A DNA stretch of 64,000 bases from the IMG/VR virus record IMGVR_UViG_3300029788_000157. The stretch is one strand, 5' to 3'. The translations under genes and the position numbers were made by a program. Below, one piece after another: positions 39,165-47,619 of this stretch; positions within the stretch are counted from its first letter, which is position 1; every line of letters starts with the position of its first letter. This DNA is from a virus. The notes below the pieces were generated by a model. The model was not told the origin of the DNA and did not search any database. It was given only the letters and a program-made list of their open reading frames with translations.

Positions 39165-39959
39165 TTACATATATTCTAAACCAAGTTCTACAGAATAATA
39201 CATATCGGCTACTTCTTCATCCTGTAAACCGATATATTTCATTGTTACCTGTGTGCTGGAATGACTAAAGCAACATTGTAACATAACTAGAGCTTTCTGC
39301 TTATCTTTGGCATTATGCCAACACCAATAACCCCAGCTCTTTCTAAGACTATGAGAACCAATGTTCTGTACAATACCAGCTTCTTTTGCTGTATCACTTA
39401 TAATTCGCCACAACGATGCTACAACAATAGGTTTCTCTCCTTTTCTGGAGGTAAATAAATACTCATTAATATTATCGTAAGGATATTCAGATAAATAATC
39501 TTGTACTGCTTTTTTTACAGTCTGATTAAAATAGAGTTTAACGAATTTACCCTGTTTTCTCTGCTTCATCGGTTGTAATACATAGACATCTTTAAATGTA
39601 CCATCTTTATTCAAAAAGAATGACCATTTAAGTGTTCGCAAATCACTTGCACGAATCCCCACATTCATACCAATAAAAAATAGCAGTCTATTTCTATATG
39701 CAATCTGTCTTTTGTTATCGTCTGGTGCTTCTGCAATATGCTTATCAAATATCTGCACCATAGCAGCAATATCTTCCTCTGTCTTAAAAGCATAAACTTC
39801 AGAACTCTCTCCTGATTGTTTATTACAATGAGTACGCTTAACGCTGCCATCTTTATTATACAGTTTTTCGGGCTTTCTCTGGGCTTTCCCATCAACAACC
39901 ATAAGTTGAATCACATTTGAATTTTCACTCTGCTCAATAGCAGCGTTTGTTATATTCAT
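39165..39959 (-). CDS. tyrosine recombinase (phage integrase-family catalytic domain)
   Basis: Catalytic R in IRASDL, HSLRKSWG (HxxR) and a C-terminal Y in TMKYIG. Confidence 0.65.
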   Translation of the reverse strand: MNITNAAIEQSENSNVIQLMVVDGKAQRKPEKLYNKDGSVKRTHCNKQSGESSEVYAFKTEEDIAAMVQIFDKHIAEAPDDNKRQIAYRNRLLFFIGMNVGIRASDLRTLKWSFFLNKDGTFKDVYVLQPMKQRKQGKFVKLYFNQTVKKAVQDYLSEYPYDNINEYLFTSRKGEKPIVVASLWRIISDTAKEAGIVQNIGSHSLRKSWGYWCWHNAKDKQKALVMLQCCFSHSSTQVTMKYIGLQDEEVADMYYSVELGLEYM

Positions 39960-39960
39960 A

Positions 39961-40359
39961 TTACTCCTCCTTTACCCAGTATCCATACATAGAACATTCT
40001 CCAGAATCCCATGTGTCAAAATAATGACCATCCTTGCTACATACATAATGATTTGCCACAATTAAAACGTATGTGCCTTCTAAATGTTCTTTTGTAAAAC
40101 TATCAACAGTAGGACGCTTTGTACCTTTCTTATTACTGATGCCTGTATAAACATATCCTTTGCTTTTTAGAATATGCTCAAATCCATATTTGCAATTCAT
40201 TGGACACTGAACTTCTCTGGAAAGTCTATACATCATATCATAAGCATCAAGCCATGAAAGATTCTCTGCTTTACAGATTGTTCTGATAGCACAATCTCCA
40301 TAATTGTCTTTCAAGTCTTTATCATTAGGTTGATAATAAGTATATCTTCTTTTGCTCAT
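39961..40359 (-). CDS. hypothetical protein
   Basis: 132-aa ORF with its own sigma-A/operator promoter. Confidence 0.4.
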   Translation of the reverse strand: MSKRRYTYYQPNDKDLKDNYGDCAIRTICKAENLSWLDAYDMMYRLSREVQCPMNCKYGFEHILKSKGYVYTGISNKKGTKRPTVDSFTKEHLEGTYVLIVANHYVCSKDGHYFDTWDSGECSMYGYWVKEE

Positions 40360-40402
40360 ATCAATTACTCCTCTCTTAACTTAACTACATGATACCATAT
40401 AT

Positions 40403-40419
40403 TCATGTAGTTGTCAAGT
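40403..40419 (-). promoter_or_regulatory. sigma-A-type promoter (TTGACA-N17-TATCAT) overlapping operator (near-identical duplicate of the 39133 site)
   Basis: atgtagttgtcaagtag. Confidence 0.5.
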
Positions 40420-40425
40420 AGGTGT

Positions 40426-41139
40426 TTAGATTCTCTCTATACTATTTTTATTCAACTCAAAGAGATTAACAACAACTTCGGACTCTCCTCTGCTATCAAA
40501 ATAAGCTAAAATATTTGACCTAGATATATCTACCTTTAAAATATACCCTTCTTCACTACCAGTATCATATCTATGAGCAAACCATTCTGCTTTAGAATAA
40601 TCAGTTGTCCATGATAGACCATGAGGATTTCTATTTACTGCAACACCTCTATACACTGTTAAACACTCTGGGAAATCTTTATATACTTTATACTCCTGTT
40701 CATCCATCAGTATTGTTTTATTGCAGCTCTTAAACCATTTGACAATAGTTTTTAAAGATACGTTTACATCTCCATTTGGATTTTCGCTGGTAACCCATGC
40801 ATGAGCTAACAATTCAGACATATCATTAACCGACAGATATTCTGTTATATACTTGATAAAAGTCAATCTGTATGATTTTCTGATAACTAAATATACATCA
40901 TACACTGTAGCAGCACTATCAATAGTTTCACACACTTGATTCTGAACCTGTTTCAAATTATCTTCATTTGCTGTTATATCAACCATTTTCATTTCGCCAT
41001 TAACTTTAATAGCTTGTATTCCTGTTTCAAAAATTGGATGCATAACAAACATAGGATATAATGATGTTTCAGTTACTTCGATATAAACAAATGATTTTGC
41101 AACCGATTTGATTGCATTTATATCAGATTTCTTTTTCAT
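40426..41139 (-). CDS. hypothetical protein
   Basis: 237-aa ORF with its own sigma-A/operator promoter. Confidence 0.4.
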   Translation of the reverse strand: MKKKSDINAIKSVAKSFVYIEVTETSLYPMFVMHPIFETGIQAIKVNGEMKMVDITANEDNLKQVQNQVCETIDSAATVYDVYLVIRKSYRLTFIKYITEYLSVNDMSELLAHAWVTSENPNGDVNVSLKTIVKWFKSCNKTILMDEQEYKVYKDFPECLTVYRGVAVNRNPHGLSWTTDYSKAEWFAHRYDTGSEEGYILKVDISRSNILAYFDSRGESEVVVNLFELNKNSIERI

Positions 41140-41208
41140 TTTGTTTTCTTAACAACTCCTTTTTCATTTTCTCTCCGTATTCTGTACAAATACATTGTAT
41201 CACTTTTC

Positions 41209-41228
41209 TATGTAGTTGTCAACTACAT
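41209..41228 (-). promoter_or_regulatory. sigma-A-type promoter (TTGACA-N17-TACAAT) within a 19-bp near-perfect palindromic operator ATGTAGTTG-T-CAACTACAT
   Basis: tatgtagttgtcaactacat. Confidence 0.5.
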
Positions 41229-41229
41229 A

Positions 41230-41730
41230 TTATATATTTTTATCACATTCAATTTCAGAATCATAATACCGCCATTTACCATCTGTATCCAGAAATACTC
41301 TTGTAAATGAATCATTCCCTGTTGCAATCACTTTACTATTCAGGTCTTTATACCGCTTTCGTTTCTGCTGCTCCTTCTGCAACTGTGATTCTTCAGCGGT
41401 CAGATTATATCTCCCTAATTGCTTAAATTGCTCTATCTGCACTGTAGAATATTGATGTGAGTTTACATCCTCCCAGAACAGCACTGTATTATCAATAATA
41501 ATATTACCAACATTGTCTCTGTGTGGTTCTGATGCCTGTTCTGGTTTTCTGTATTTTCCATTAGCAAGATTCTTCATGAACTGGTTATTACTGCAATCAG
41601 GATTTAATATGTCTTTCTGTATCAGCTCTCTGTTCTGCCAGTTCTCCGCTGGTATCACTGGTGTACACTTTTCCTGTATCAGTTCTTTACCAGCAAACAA
41701 AACTCCAATTATCCCCAACATATCAAACAT
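41230..41730 (-). CDS. hypothetical secreted/membrane-anchored protein
   Basis: N-terminal hydrophobic segment. Confidence 0.4.
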   Translation of the reverse strand: MFDMLGIIGVLFAGKELIQEKCTPVIPAENWQNRELIQKDILNPDCSNNQFMKNLANGKYRKPEQASEPHRDNVGNIIIDNTVLFWEDVNSHQYSTVQIEQFKQLGRYNLTAEESQLQKEQQKRKRYKDLNSKVIATGNDSFTRVFLDTDGKWRYYDSEIECDKNI

Positions 41731-41776
41731 AATCTCACATCCTTCCTATAAAATCTCAATTTTAAGTGTTCAATCC

Positions 41777-41797
41777 TTACTATTAAGGTTATACGCT
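41777..41797 (+). promoter_or_regulatory. motif A in plus orientation without a downstream plus-strand ORF
   Basis: cttactattaaggttatacgc. Confidence 0.35.
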
Positions 41798-41885
41798 AAA
41801 TAAATAATAGCATATAAATTACCTTAAATCAAGTCCTTTTAAAACAAAAAGGGATAAAGCCTTAAACTTTATCCCTTTGCCTTTT
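41798..41885 (+). ncRNA. candidate small RNA (motif A followed ~50 nt later by an intrinsic terminator; no ORF)
   Basis: Plus-oriented motif A at 41777..41797, then hairpin AAAGGGATAAAGCCTTAAACTTTATCCCTTT and a T-run; both flanking genes are on the minus strand. Confidence 0.25.
41848..41878. terminator. bidirectional intrinsic terminator hairpin AAAGGGATAAAG-CCTTAAA-CTTTATCCCTTT
   Basis: GC-containing stem flanked by A-runs and T-runs on either side. Confidence 0.5.
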
Positions 41886-42099
41886 ATTCCTCTTCGGTTG
41901 TATCTCCCAAGTCTACACTCAGGTTGTTGGATTTTCCGAACTTCAATGTAAATTCTCCATCTGCAAACTGCTTCATGAATGTTTCAATAATAATATTCAT
42001 ATTGATACCTGACTCTTTGCAAGTGTCCTTGAAAGCTGCCAGAACCTCTTCATTGATGGTAGTATTTAACATTGCTCTCTTAGGTTTAATACTAGCCAT
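41884..42099 (-). CDS. small hypothetical protein
   Basis: Start set at MASIKPKR, preceded by SD GAAGGAGAA. Confidence 0.35.
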   Translation of the reverse strand: MASIKPKRAMLNTTINEEVLAAFKDTCKESGINMNIIIETFMKQFADGEFTLKFGKSNNLSVDLGDTTEEE

Positions 42100-42175
42100 G
42101 TTTAGTTCTCCTTCGATAATTTTTTTATGGACTATACAATCTTCCATAATAGATTAACTATATGATACCATACAT

Positions 42176-42194
42176 TCATGTAGATTGCAAGCAT
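42176..42194 (-). promoter_or_regulatory. sigma-A-type promoter (TTGCAA-N17-TATCAT), operator variant
   Basis: tcatgtagattgcaagcat. Confidence 0.4.
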
Positions 42195-42223
42195 ATTTTA
42201 TAAATTTTCCATGATGTACCAAT

Positions 42224-42640
42224 TTATCGAACAGGTTTACTAATTTTGCATCTGGAAATGTAATATTTTGCTAATTGAAAGATATTTCTAATTTCCTGAA
42301 AAGCTGCAATCAGAACGTCAGACATAGATACTTCGTCATAATCTTCTTCGTACTCATCGTCATATTCTTCCAGCTCATCTTCTAATTCGTACTCATCTGC
42401 TTCACACTCAAAGAAATAATCATCCATCCAATATTTCTCTTTTGTAAAAATCAATATGAGTCCAAACGGTATAGATAATAGAGCTATTGTCCAGTCATTT
42501 CCCTGAATTTCTTCATTATAAAGTAATCCAGAATTGCATACAACAATAGTTCCTACTATTGTTACCACTCCAATGAATTTTTGTTTGAGGAAATAGAATT
42601 TTTCCTTCAGTTCCCTCTCTCTCTCAGATTCTTCGTACAT
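42224..42640 (-). CDS. membrane protein with acidic C-terminus
   Basis: Two TM segments followed by an E/D/Y-rich tail. Confidence 0.4.
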   Translation of the reverse strand: MYEESERERELKEKFYFLKQKFIGVVTIVGTIVVCNSGLLYNEEIQGNDWTIALLSIPFGLILIFTKEKYWMDDYFFECEADEYELEDELEEYDDEYEEDYDEVSMSDVLIAAFQEIRNIFQLAKYYISRCKISKPVR

Positions 42641-42667
42641 TTTCCTTTCCTCACTTTCAACAATTTC

Positions 42668-42695
42668 CCCACTCTGCTTTCATACTGACTTGTGA
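42668..42695 (-). promoter_or_regulatory. motif C (gene-strand GTCACAAG-N16-GAGTGG), candidate alternative-sigma promoter
   Basis: ccactctgctttcatactgacttgtgac. Confidence 0.4.
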
Positions 42696-42753
42696 CAGTT
42701 AATCTTCCAGATTAGTAGCATTAAGGAAGCACACATTTCCATGTGTGCTATAG

Positions 42754-42775
42754 TGTATAACTTTAACTATTATCA
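42754..42775 (-). promoter_or_regulatory. motif A (variant), followed by motif C and then a gene
   Basis: tgtataactttaactattatca. Confidence 0.3.
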
Positions 42776-43092
42776 ACTAATTTTCCAGCCTTATATAATT
42801 CCTGTTTGTATCTTCTATGTTCCCTTTGAGTCGCAGCCCATTCTTCCTTCGATGGTTTATATCTTCCATCCGCTTTTCTTTCTTTGAGTTGTTGTGCTGC
42901 TACTTCGGCTTTCTCAGGAAAAAGAATGAAACTTATTAAACGTCTTGACACATTGTATTCTCTTGCCAATGCTCTTTGAGAGAAAATTCCAAGCTCATAC
43001 TTATGTCTTATTTCATCTTTCTGTTCGTCTGATAATTTAACCCTTCTATCCTGTTCTCTTGATAATTTGATTCTTTCTGATTTGTATGGCAT
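42763..43092 (-). CDS. HTH DNA-binding protein
   Basis: FSQRALAREYNVSRRLISFIL helix-turn-helix. Confidence 0.5.
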   Translation of the reverse strand: MPYKSERIKLSREQDRRVKLSDEQKDEIRHKYELGIFSQRALAREYNVSRRLISFILFPEKAEVAAQQLKERKADGRYKPSKEEWAATQREHRRYKQELYKAGKLVDNS

Positions 43093-43094
43093 AG

Positions 43095-43445
43095 TTATTT
43101 CTCCCTTACTATATAATTCCTTGTATTATTCTCATCACGCTCAACGATTTTATCCGCTTTATGATTAAGTAACATCTTTATATGTAATCTACTTGTTTCT
43201 GCTTTTAAAAAGCCCTCAGACCTTAATTCTTTCATAGTTTTTCCAGACAGTAGATACAATCTATCTGTTACTTTCTGATACTGTAAAGCAATCAAACAAT
43301 TTCCATAGCAACCTTTATACCAAGGATAACCATGTTCGTCTGTCTGCTCCTTATCGGACAAATCAGCCATACATAATTTTTCCAGAGAATCATTATAATA
43401 AAGTACATAATCTATTCCATCTAACTCTTTATATGCCATTATCAA
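43095..43445 (-). CDS. hypothetical protein
   Basis: 116 aa; SD AAAGGAGAAA before the ATG. Confidence 0.4.
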   Translation of the reverse strand: MIMAYKELDGIDYVLYYNDSLEKLCMADLSDKEQTDEHGYPWYKGCYGNCLIALQYQKVTDRLYLLSGKTMKELRSEGFLKAETSRLHIKMLLNHKADKIVERDENNTRNYIVREK

Positions 43446-43698
43446 TTTCTCCTTTTATCTCATAGATTGGATGGAAGAGATAGTTAGACTAGCCATGTAC
43501 CGTAGCACTCCACATATTCGCCCCATATCTAGTTTGTCAGGCTTTAGAAACCCTCTCCACTGTATATCAGTTACCTTTTATACCATTCAACCTTTTCCTT
43601 GTAAGCATATCGGATACTTTGGATTTTCCGATGTAGCTTTAATGGATAGGTTTTATCCTATCCACCCATCAGCTTTTATGCTCTGCCTTTGCAGCTTT

Positions 43699-43920
43699 TC
43701 AATCATCAATTAAAACTTCTAAAAATTCTAAATATTTTGCAATTTCTTTTCTGCACTCTAAAAGACCTTCCTCTAATTCTTTTTGTTTTCCTTCATATTC
43801 AAGTGCGAGTCTTTTATTATTACTTATTTTTAACATTTCACAAGTTTCTCTATTATATTTCATATCCAAAACAAGCCTGTGTTCTTCTTTAAGTAACATT
43901 AACAATGATTTATTTAACAT
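43699..43920 (-). CDS. hypothetical coiled-coil protein
   Basis: 73 aa; hammerhead ribozyme HH4 sits in its 5' leader. Confidence 0.4.
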   Translation of the reverse strand: MLNKSLLMLLKEEHRLVLDMKYNRETCEMLKISNNKRLALEYEGKQKELEEGLLECRKEIAKYLEFLEVLIDD

Positions 43921-43955
43921 CTTTCTTCCTCCTTACCTTTTACTGTAGATGTTAT

Positions 43956-44020
43956 CCATCCGACTAGCTGAATTATTCCAGCTAGTTTCGTGCCATTTCA
44001 GGACTACTCATCAGGGATGT
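43956..44020 (-). ncRNA. type I hammerhead ribozyme (HH4, irregular helix II)
   Basis: RNA ACAUCC-CUGAUGA-GUAGUCC..GGCAC-GAAAC-UAGCUG GAAUAAUU CAGCUA-GUC|GGAUGG. Confidence 0.55.
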
Positions 44021-44425
44021 TTAGAAATTGATTGAAAGACCTTTGATTTCTTCCTTAATCTGTTCTGCTAATTCTTCTGTAAGCTCAACCTCATCATTCC
44101 AAACTTCTTCCACGCATTTACACTGACCAATCAGATTTGCACAACCTTCAATAATCATACAAACCATCCATGCTTCAGGATTTTCAAAGGGATTCTGAGA
44201 TACCGAACCATAATTTTCCATCTGATAATCATACACTTCAGCAGCTTCATCAAACCATTCTTTAATGTAATCCATAGCTTTTTGTCTACTGAAAGTAGCA
44301 CTACCATTTACATTGATTTCTTCCGTTAAGGTGCTTGATAAATCACAACCATAGACATCTGTTCCAACATACGCATCCAGATTATCAACGATAAAGTCCT
44401 TACAATATTCTTCAAAAGTTTCCAT
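44021..44425 (-). CDS. acidic hypothetical protein
   Basis: Start at the second ATG, preceded by SD GGAGGA. Confidence 0.4.
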   Translation of the reverse strand: METFEEYCKDFIVDNLDAYVGTDVYGCDLSSTLTEEINVNGSATFSRQKAMDYIKEWFDEAAEVYDYQMENYGSVSQNPFENPEAWMVCMIIEGCANLIGQCKCVEEVWNDEVELTEELAEQIKEEIKGLSINF

Positions 44426-44547
44426 AAATTTATCCTCCATCTTTTTAATTTTCCATTCAACAATTCAGTTAAAGTAGGTACAGGAAGCACCTTCTGGTGC
44501 TTACCTTCCAGTGCTTCCTCCTGATTTCATCTAAAGAAATTTTCCAG

Positions 44548-44712
44548 TTACTTTGTATCTGGAATGTTCAAATAGAATCCATCAGTTTTTGGTTCTGTTG
44601 AGATTTCTTCCATTGGCTTGTCTGCATCCATTAAGGCTTTCTTGATTGTTACACAACCAACTGTTACCTCAAGTATGTAATATCCATCGGATTTTTCCTC
44701 AAGCTTTCCCAT
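44548..44712 (-). CDS. small hypothetical protein
   Basis: Start set at the internal MGKLEE because motif C and SD AAGGAGG occupy the upstream part of the track ORF. Confidence 0.35.
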   Translation of the reverse strand: MGKLEEKSDGYYILEVTVGCVTIKKALMDADKPMEEISTEPKTDGFYLNIPDTK

Positions 44713-44739
44713 ACTGGTGTACCTCCTTTTCCTAAATTC

Positions 44740-44768
44740 TCCACTCTGCATCTTTATGGGCTTGTGAC
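44740..44768 (-). promoter_or_regulatory. motif C (spacing 16)
   Basis: ccactctgcatctttatgggcttgtgac; SD AAGGAGG and ATG follow. Confidence 0.4.
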
Positions 44769-44807
44769 CATTTGGAATTTCTTCCAAGCTGCATTAAAGA
44801 AAAGGGA

Positions 44808-44838
44808 ATGGATTATTTTTCCATTCCCTTACTTATGA
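44808..44838 (-). terminator. intrinsic terminator (AAGGGAATGG..CCATTCCCTT + U-run on the minus strand)
   Basis: Hairpin followed by T/A-runs. Confidence 0.5.
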
Positions 44839-44994
44839 TTATTTCGACCAGACACAATCAACTAATTCTCCATCATCGTCATACTCAAAAATTTCTGTGA
44901 TATTAGAATTTTCCGCTGCTTTCTGTTTTGCTTCTTCCAAGCTCTCTGCTCTATCTAAAGCATAATCATTACCATCTTCCAGTGAGTACCACAT
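44839..44994 (-). CDS. small acidic protein (51 aa, not in ORF track)
   Basis: ATG..TAA frame MWYSLEDGNDYALDRAESLEEAKQKAAENSNITEIFEYDDDGELVDCVWSK, followed by the terminator hairpin at 44808. Confidence 0.3.
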   Translation of the reverse strand: MWYSLEDGNDYALDRAESLEEAKQKAAENSNITEIFEYDDDGELVDCVWSK

Positions 44995-45004
44995 AATTTT
45001 CCTC

Positions 45005-45676
45005 CTATGCCATTGCTAATTGTCTGCTACTAATTGCATTTCTTCCAACTCTGTTACCTTCAGCTCTTGATTCTTCCGCATAATAGCTTCTTGCTTTGAT
45101 TCTATTATTGATTTTCTTAGCATCTTTTGTTCTTTCCGCATAGCCTTCATTAACTTCTTGCGGTACAACAATCATTAAAGCTGTACACTGTTTATCCAGA
45201 ACTTCAGATATTCCTTCCAAAAATCCAACCAAAAAGCAATTCTTAATGCCTGTTCCATCAAAGAATCTTCCACATCTCACAGCTTCATTTCTCATTTTAT
45301 TATAGAAATTTGTAGCAGCTTTATTTCCTGTCTTGAAAAGGAATTTAAAAGTTTCCGCTGCAATCTCTGCATCAACTTCATATCCATAAAAGACAACTGT
45401 AGATTTTCCGTAAAAGAAATGTCTACATCTGAAGTTCTTTGCAATTATTCCAGCTAATGTATATTTCCACTTGCTTCCAGTTCCTATGCTAACAGATTTT
45501 TCCACAATGCTATCAATATCTTCCACCTCATCGACTTCACTCATAGAAATATGATATTCAGCCATAAGCTTTTGAGCTTTTAAAGCTGCTGATTTAGCTT
45601 CTTCCTCTGAAGGATTGTTTCTTGAAAGCTCCAGCACCTTTTTGATTTTCGCAATGATTTTTTCCGTATCCATCAT
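45005..45676 (-). CDS. DUF2786-like protein
   Basis: N-terminus MMDTEKIIAKIKKVLELSRN...EEEAKSAALKAQKLMAEY; SD GGAGGA upstream. Confidence 0.4.
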   Translation of the reverse strand: MMDTEKIIAKIKKVLELSRNNPSEEEAKSAALKAQKLMAEYHISMSEVDEVEDIDSIVEKSVSIGTGSKWKYTLAGIIAKNFRCRHFFYGKSTVVFYGYEVDAEIAAETFKFLFKTGNKAATNFYNKMRNEAVRCGRFFDGTGIKNCFLVGFLEGISEVLDKQCTALMIVVPQEVNEGYAERTKDAKKINNRIKARSYYAEESRAEGNRVGRNAISSRQLAMA

Positions 45677-45724
45677 AAGTTTTTCCTCCAACCTTTTCAC
45701 TATTTTTATTCCACTCTGTATTTC

Positions 45725-45755
45725 TCATCAAGGCTTGTGACTTGCATTGGCTACA
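45725..45755 (-). promoter_or_regulatory. motif C (spacing 19)
   Basis: ccactctgtatttctcatcaaggcttgtgac. Confidence 0.4.
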
Positions 45756-45789
45756 TTAGAATTTTTCCAAATAAAAAAGGAAGCTGCTT

Positions 45790-45813
45790 TTACACAACTT
45801 CCTTTTCCGTATT
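45790..45813 (-). terminator. intrinsic terminator GGAAGUUGUGUAAAAGCAGCUUCC + U-run (minus strand)
   Basis: Hairpin followed by CCTTTTTTATTT. Confidence 0.4.
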
Positions 45814-45893
45814 GATATTGATTATTGAGTTACTTTTTCGATTTCATTCATCTCTGAAAATTCCAGAGGACAAATAGTAGCTTTATTTTCCAT

Positions 45894-46175
45894 CTAAATT
45901 TCTTCCATTGGATTTCCTTTAATAATTGTATAATCATTAGCTTCTAAACATTCTTCCAGTCCTTCTTTGAAGAAATACTGGATAACTGTTTCTGTCTGTA
46001 CATCTTCAGAAAATTCTTCCGCTGGTTGCCATCCATTATGTTTCCAACCGCAAACTAACTCAAGATTGTAATGTAATGAATCATATCCATCATACCCTTC
46101 ATAAGATACGACTTTATATACCAACTTATCTTCATTCTGCACATAGAGTTTTTTATTTTCCAAATATACTCTCAT
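45894..46175 (-). CDS. hypothetical protein
   Basis: 93-aa ORF. Confidence 0.4.
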   Translation of the reverse strand: MRVYLENKKLYVQNEDKLVYKVVSYEGYDGYDSLHYNLELVCGWKHNGWQPAEEFSEDVQTETVIQYFFKEGLEECLEANDYTIIKGNPMEEI

Positions 46176-46482
46176 AAAAGCCCTCCTTATCTATTGGCTT
46201 GAAATTTTCCAATTAAACCCTCCCACTTTCATGTATGTGGTAACTTCCGTTCTTCCTTTAGGTGTAAAAGAAATTTTCCATCTTTGTCCATCAGAGCCAC
46301 CGCACATTTCGGATGCATGGTTGACTGTACTTTTCTTTTTACACTGAAAACCTAGTGGATGCTATTCTCTTAACAATTAGTAGGACTAGGCGGTGTTCAG
46401 TTGTCGGATTTTCCATCAAGATAAACTACCTTGATTTTAACAATTTTTCCAACCAATATCAATACCTTTTATCTTCTTTTCT

Positions 46483-46510
46483 CCACTCTGCATTTACAAG
46501 GGCTTGTGAC
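46483..46510 (-). promoter_or_regulatory. motif C (spacing 16), immediately after the terminator at 46548
   Basis: ccactctgcatttacaagggcttgtgac. Confidence 0.4.
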
Positions 46511-46547
46511 CTTTAGTGTATAAAATTCTCCACTAGCTGCATTAGAG

Positions 46548-46564
46548 AAGGCGGTTGTCTACCG
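46548..46564 (-). terminator. intrinsic terminator GGCGGUAGACAACCGCC-UUCUCU (minus strand)
   Basis: GC-rich stem plus a U-rich tail, followed by motif C. Confidence 0.5.
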
Positions 46565-46574
46565 CCAAATCTCT

Positions 46575-46667
46575 TTAATCTTCCAGTAAGCTATCTAACA
46601 ACCTGTTTACTTTTTCCATGTCGTTGTTGTCTGCTGCTTCCAGAATATCATCAATGATTTTTTCCAT
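46575..46667 (-). CDS. small ORF (30 aa) translationally coupled to the upstream lipoprotein gene via ATGA overlap
   Basis: MEKIIDDILEAADNNDMEKVNRLLDSLLED; its ATG overlaps the upstream TGA; followed by terminator GGCGGTAGACAACCGCC. Confidence 0.3.
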   Translation of the reverse strand: MEKIIDDILEAADNNDMEKVNRLLDSLLED

Positions 46668-47113
46668 CAGTTATCAACCTCTCTGTCAATTACATAATCA
46701 AATCTTTCCAGAATATCATCCGTATAGTTTGTATCAGGATTGTAAATGAAGTAAGTTAAAATTGTATCGCCTTCCTGAAAATCTTCCACACTTCTATATG
46801 AAATGTAATAATAATCAGGGTCAGCACAATTCAAAACTCTTCCATCTCCATCAGAATTTTCCACAACCCCAATGCACTTTTCAATGATGATTTTTCCTTT
46901 TCGATTTTCCAAATCTTCCAGACTTAAATCAGCACTATCAATTATTTCAATAGCACCGATTTCTTCCGAAAGTTCTCTGTAAAAGTCCAAAGAATCAGAC
47001 TTAAAAGAACCAGCTTCTACCTTTACAGGTTCTACTGCTTTAGTATTGCATCCAGAAAATACTCCAGTCGCAACCATAGTTATCATTGATAATACAAGAA
47101 ATTTTTTCCTCAT
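46667..47113 (-). CDS. putative lipoprotein
   Basis: Signal peptide with lipobox VFSGC; hammerhead HH1 in its leader. Confidence 0.5.
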   Translation of the reverse strand: MRKKFLVLSMITMVATGVFSGCNTKAVEPVKVEAGSFKSDSLDFYRELSEEIGAIEIIDSADLSLEDLENRKGKIIIEKCIGVVENSDGDGRVLNCADPDYYYISYRSVEDFQEGDTILTYFIYNPDTNYTDDILERFDYVIDREVDN

Positions 47114-47147
47114 AATAAATTCTCCTTTTCCTTATTCAGTTTGTAGT

Positions 47148-47230
47148 TTCCTACGACAAGCGGAAGAGGTTAGGAAGGTAGAAACTTCCGCTTGTTTCGG
47201 CTGGTTACCATCCAGCTCTCATCAGGTAGG
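47148..47230 (-). ncRNA. type I hammerhead ribozyme (HH1)
   Basis: RNA UCCCUAC-CUGAUGA-G(A)GCUGG..CCAGCC-GAAAC-AAGCGGAAG..CUUCCGCUUGUC|GUAGG. Helix III is an 11-bp hairpin; the GUC cleavage site is followed by the helix I 3' strand. Confidence 0.7.
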
Positions 47231-47237
47231 GAATTGG

Positions 47238-47522
47238 TTAGATTTCCACTATAACTGTTTTTCCATCATCAACAAAACTTCCACGACCGCCAAAATTTTC
47301 TCCAGCGATTTCATAATATTTCCTTCCATTAGAAAGTGTTTTTACTTCACAAGTTGCCTTTTGCAACCAATATAAAACTTCCTTCCTAGTGTTTGGATTT
47401 TCTGGCAATCCCATTTTAAGGAGAATTTTCCTTGCAAGTCCTTCTGTTTTATTCTTCAGTGATGTTTTAACAAAAACATCCTTGCTTCCCAGTGGAAATG
47501 TAAATCCATTCATAATATCCAT
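47238..47522 (-). CDS. hypothetical protein
   Basis: Start at MDIMNG with SD AAAGGAGAAAAAAG; the upstream part of the track ORF overlaps HH2. Confidence 0.4.
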   Translation of the reverse strand: MDIMNGFTFPLGSKDVFVKTSLKNKTEGLARKILLKMGLPENPNTRKEVLYWLQKATCEVKTLSNGRKYYEIAGENFGGRGSFVDDGKTVIVEI

Positions 47523-47544
47523 CTTTTTTCTCCTTTTATCTTTA

Positions 47545-47608
47545 TTTGTGGATTCCCACGACACTCCCAACTTCGGGAGTGTTTCGGCTGCTATCCCTGT
47601 CAGCCATC
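47545..47608 (-). ncRNA. type I hammerhead ribozyme (HH2, one extra U between A9 and helix II)
   Basis: RNA CCCAC-CUGAUGA-U-GGCUG..CAGCC-GAAAC-ACUCCC GAAGUU GGGAGU-GUC|GUGGG. Confidence 0.6.
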
Positions 47609-47619
47609 ATCAGGTGGGG

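Noticed and set aside
42668-46510. Reading motif C as a sigma-54 promoter (GGTCAC..N5..TTG)
   Set aside because: Only one copy has a TTG-like -12 element at the right spacing. The conserved second block is GAGTGG 16 to 19 bp away, which does not fit TGGCAC-N5-TTGCW.
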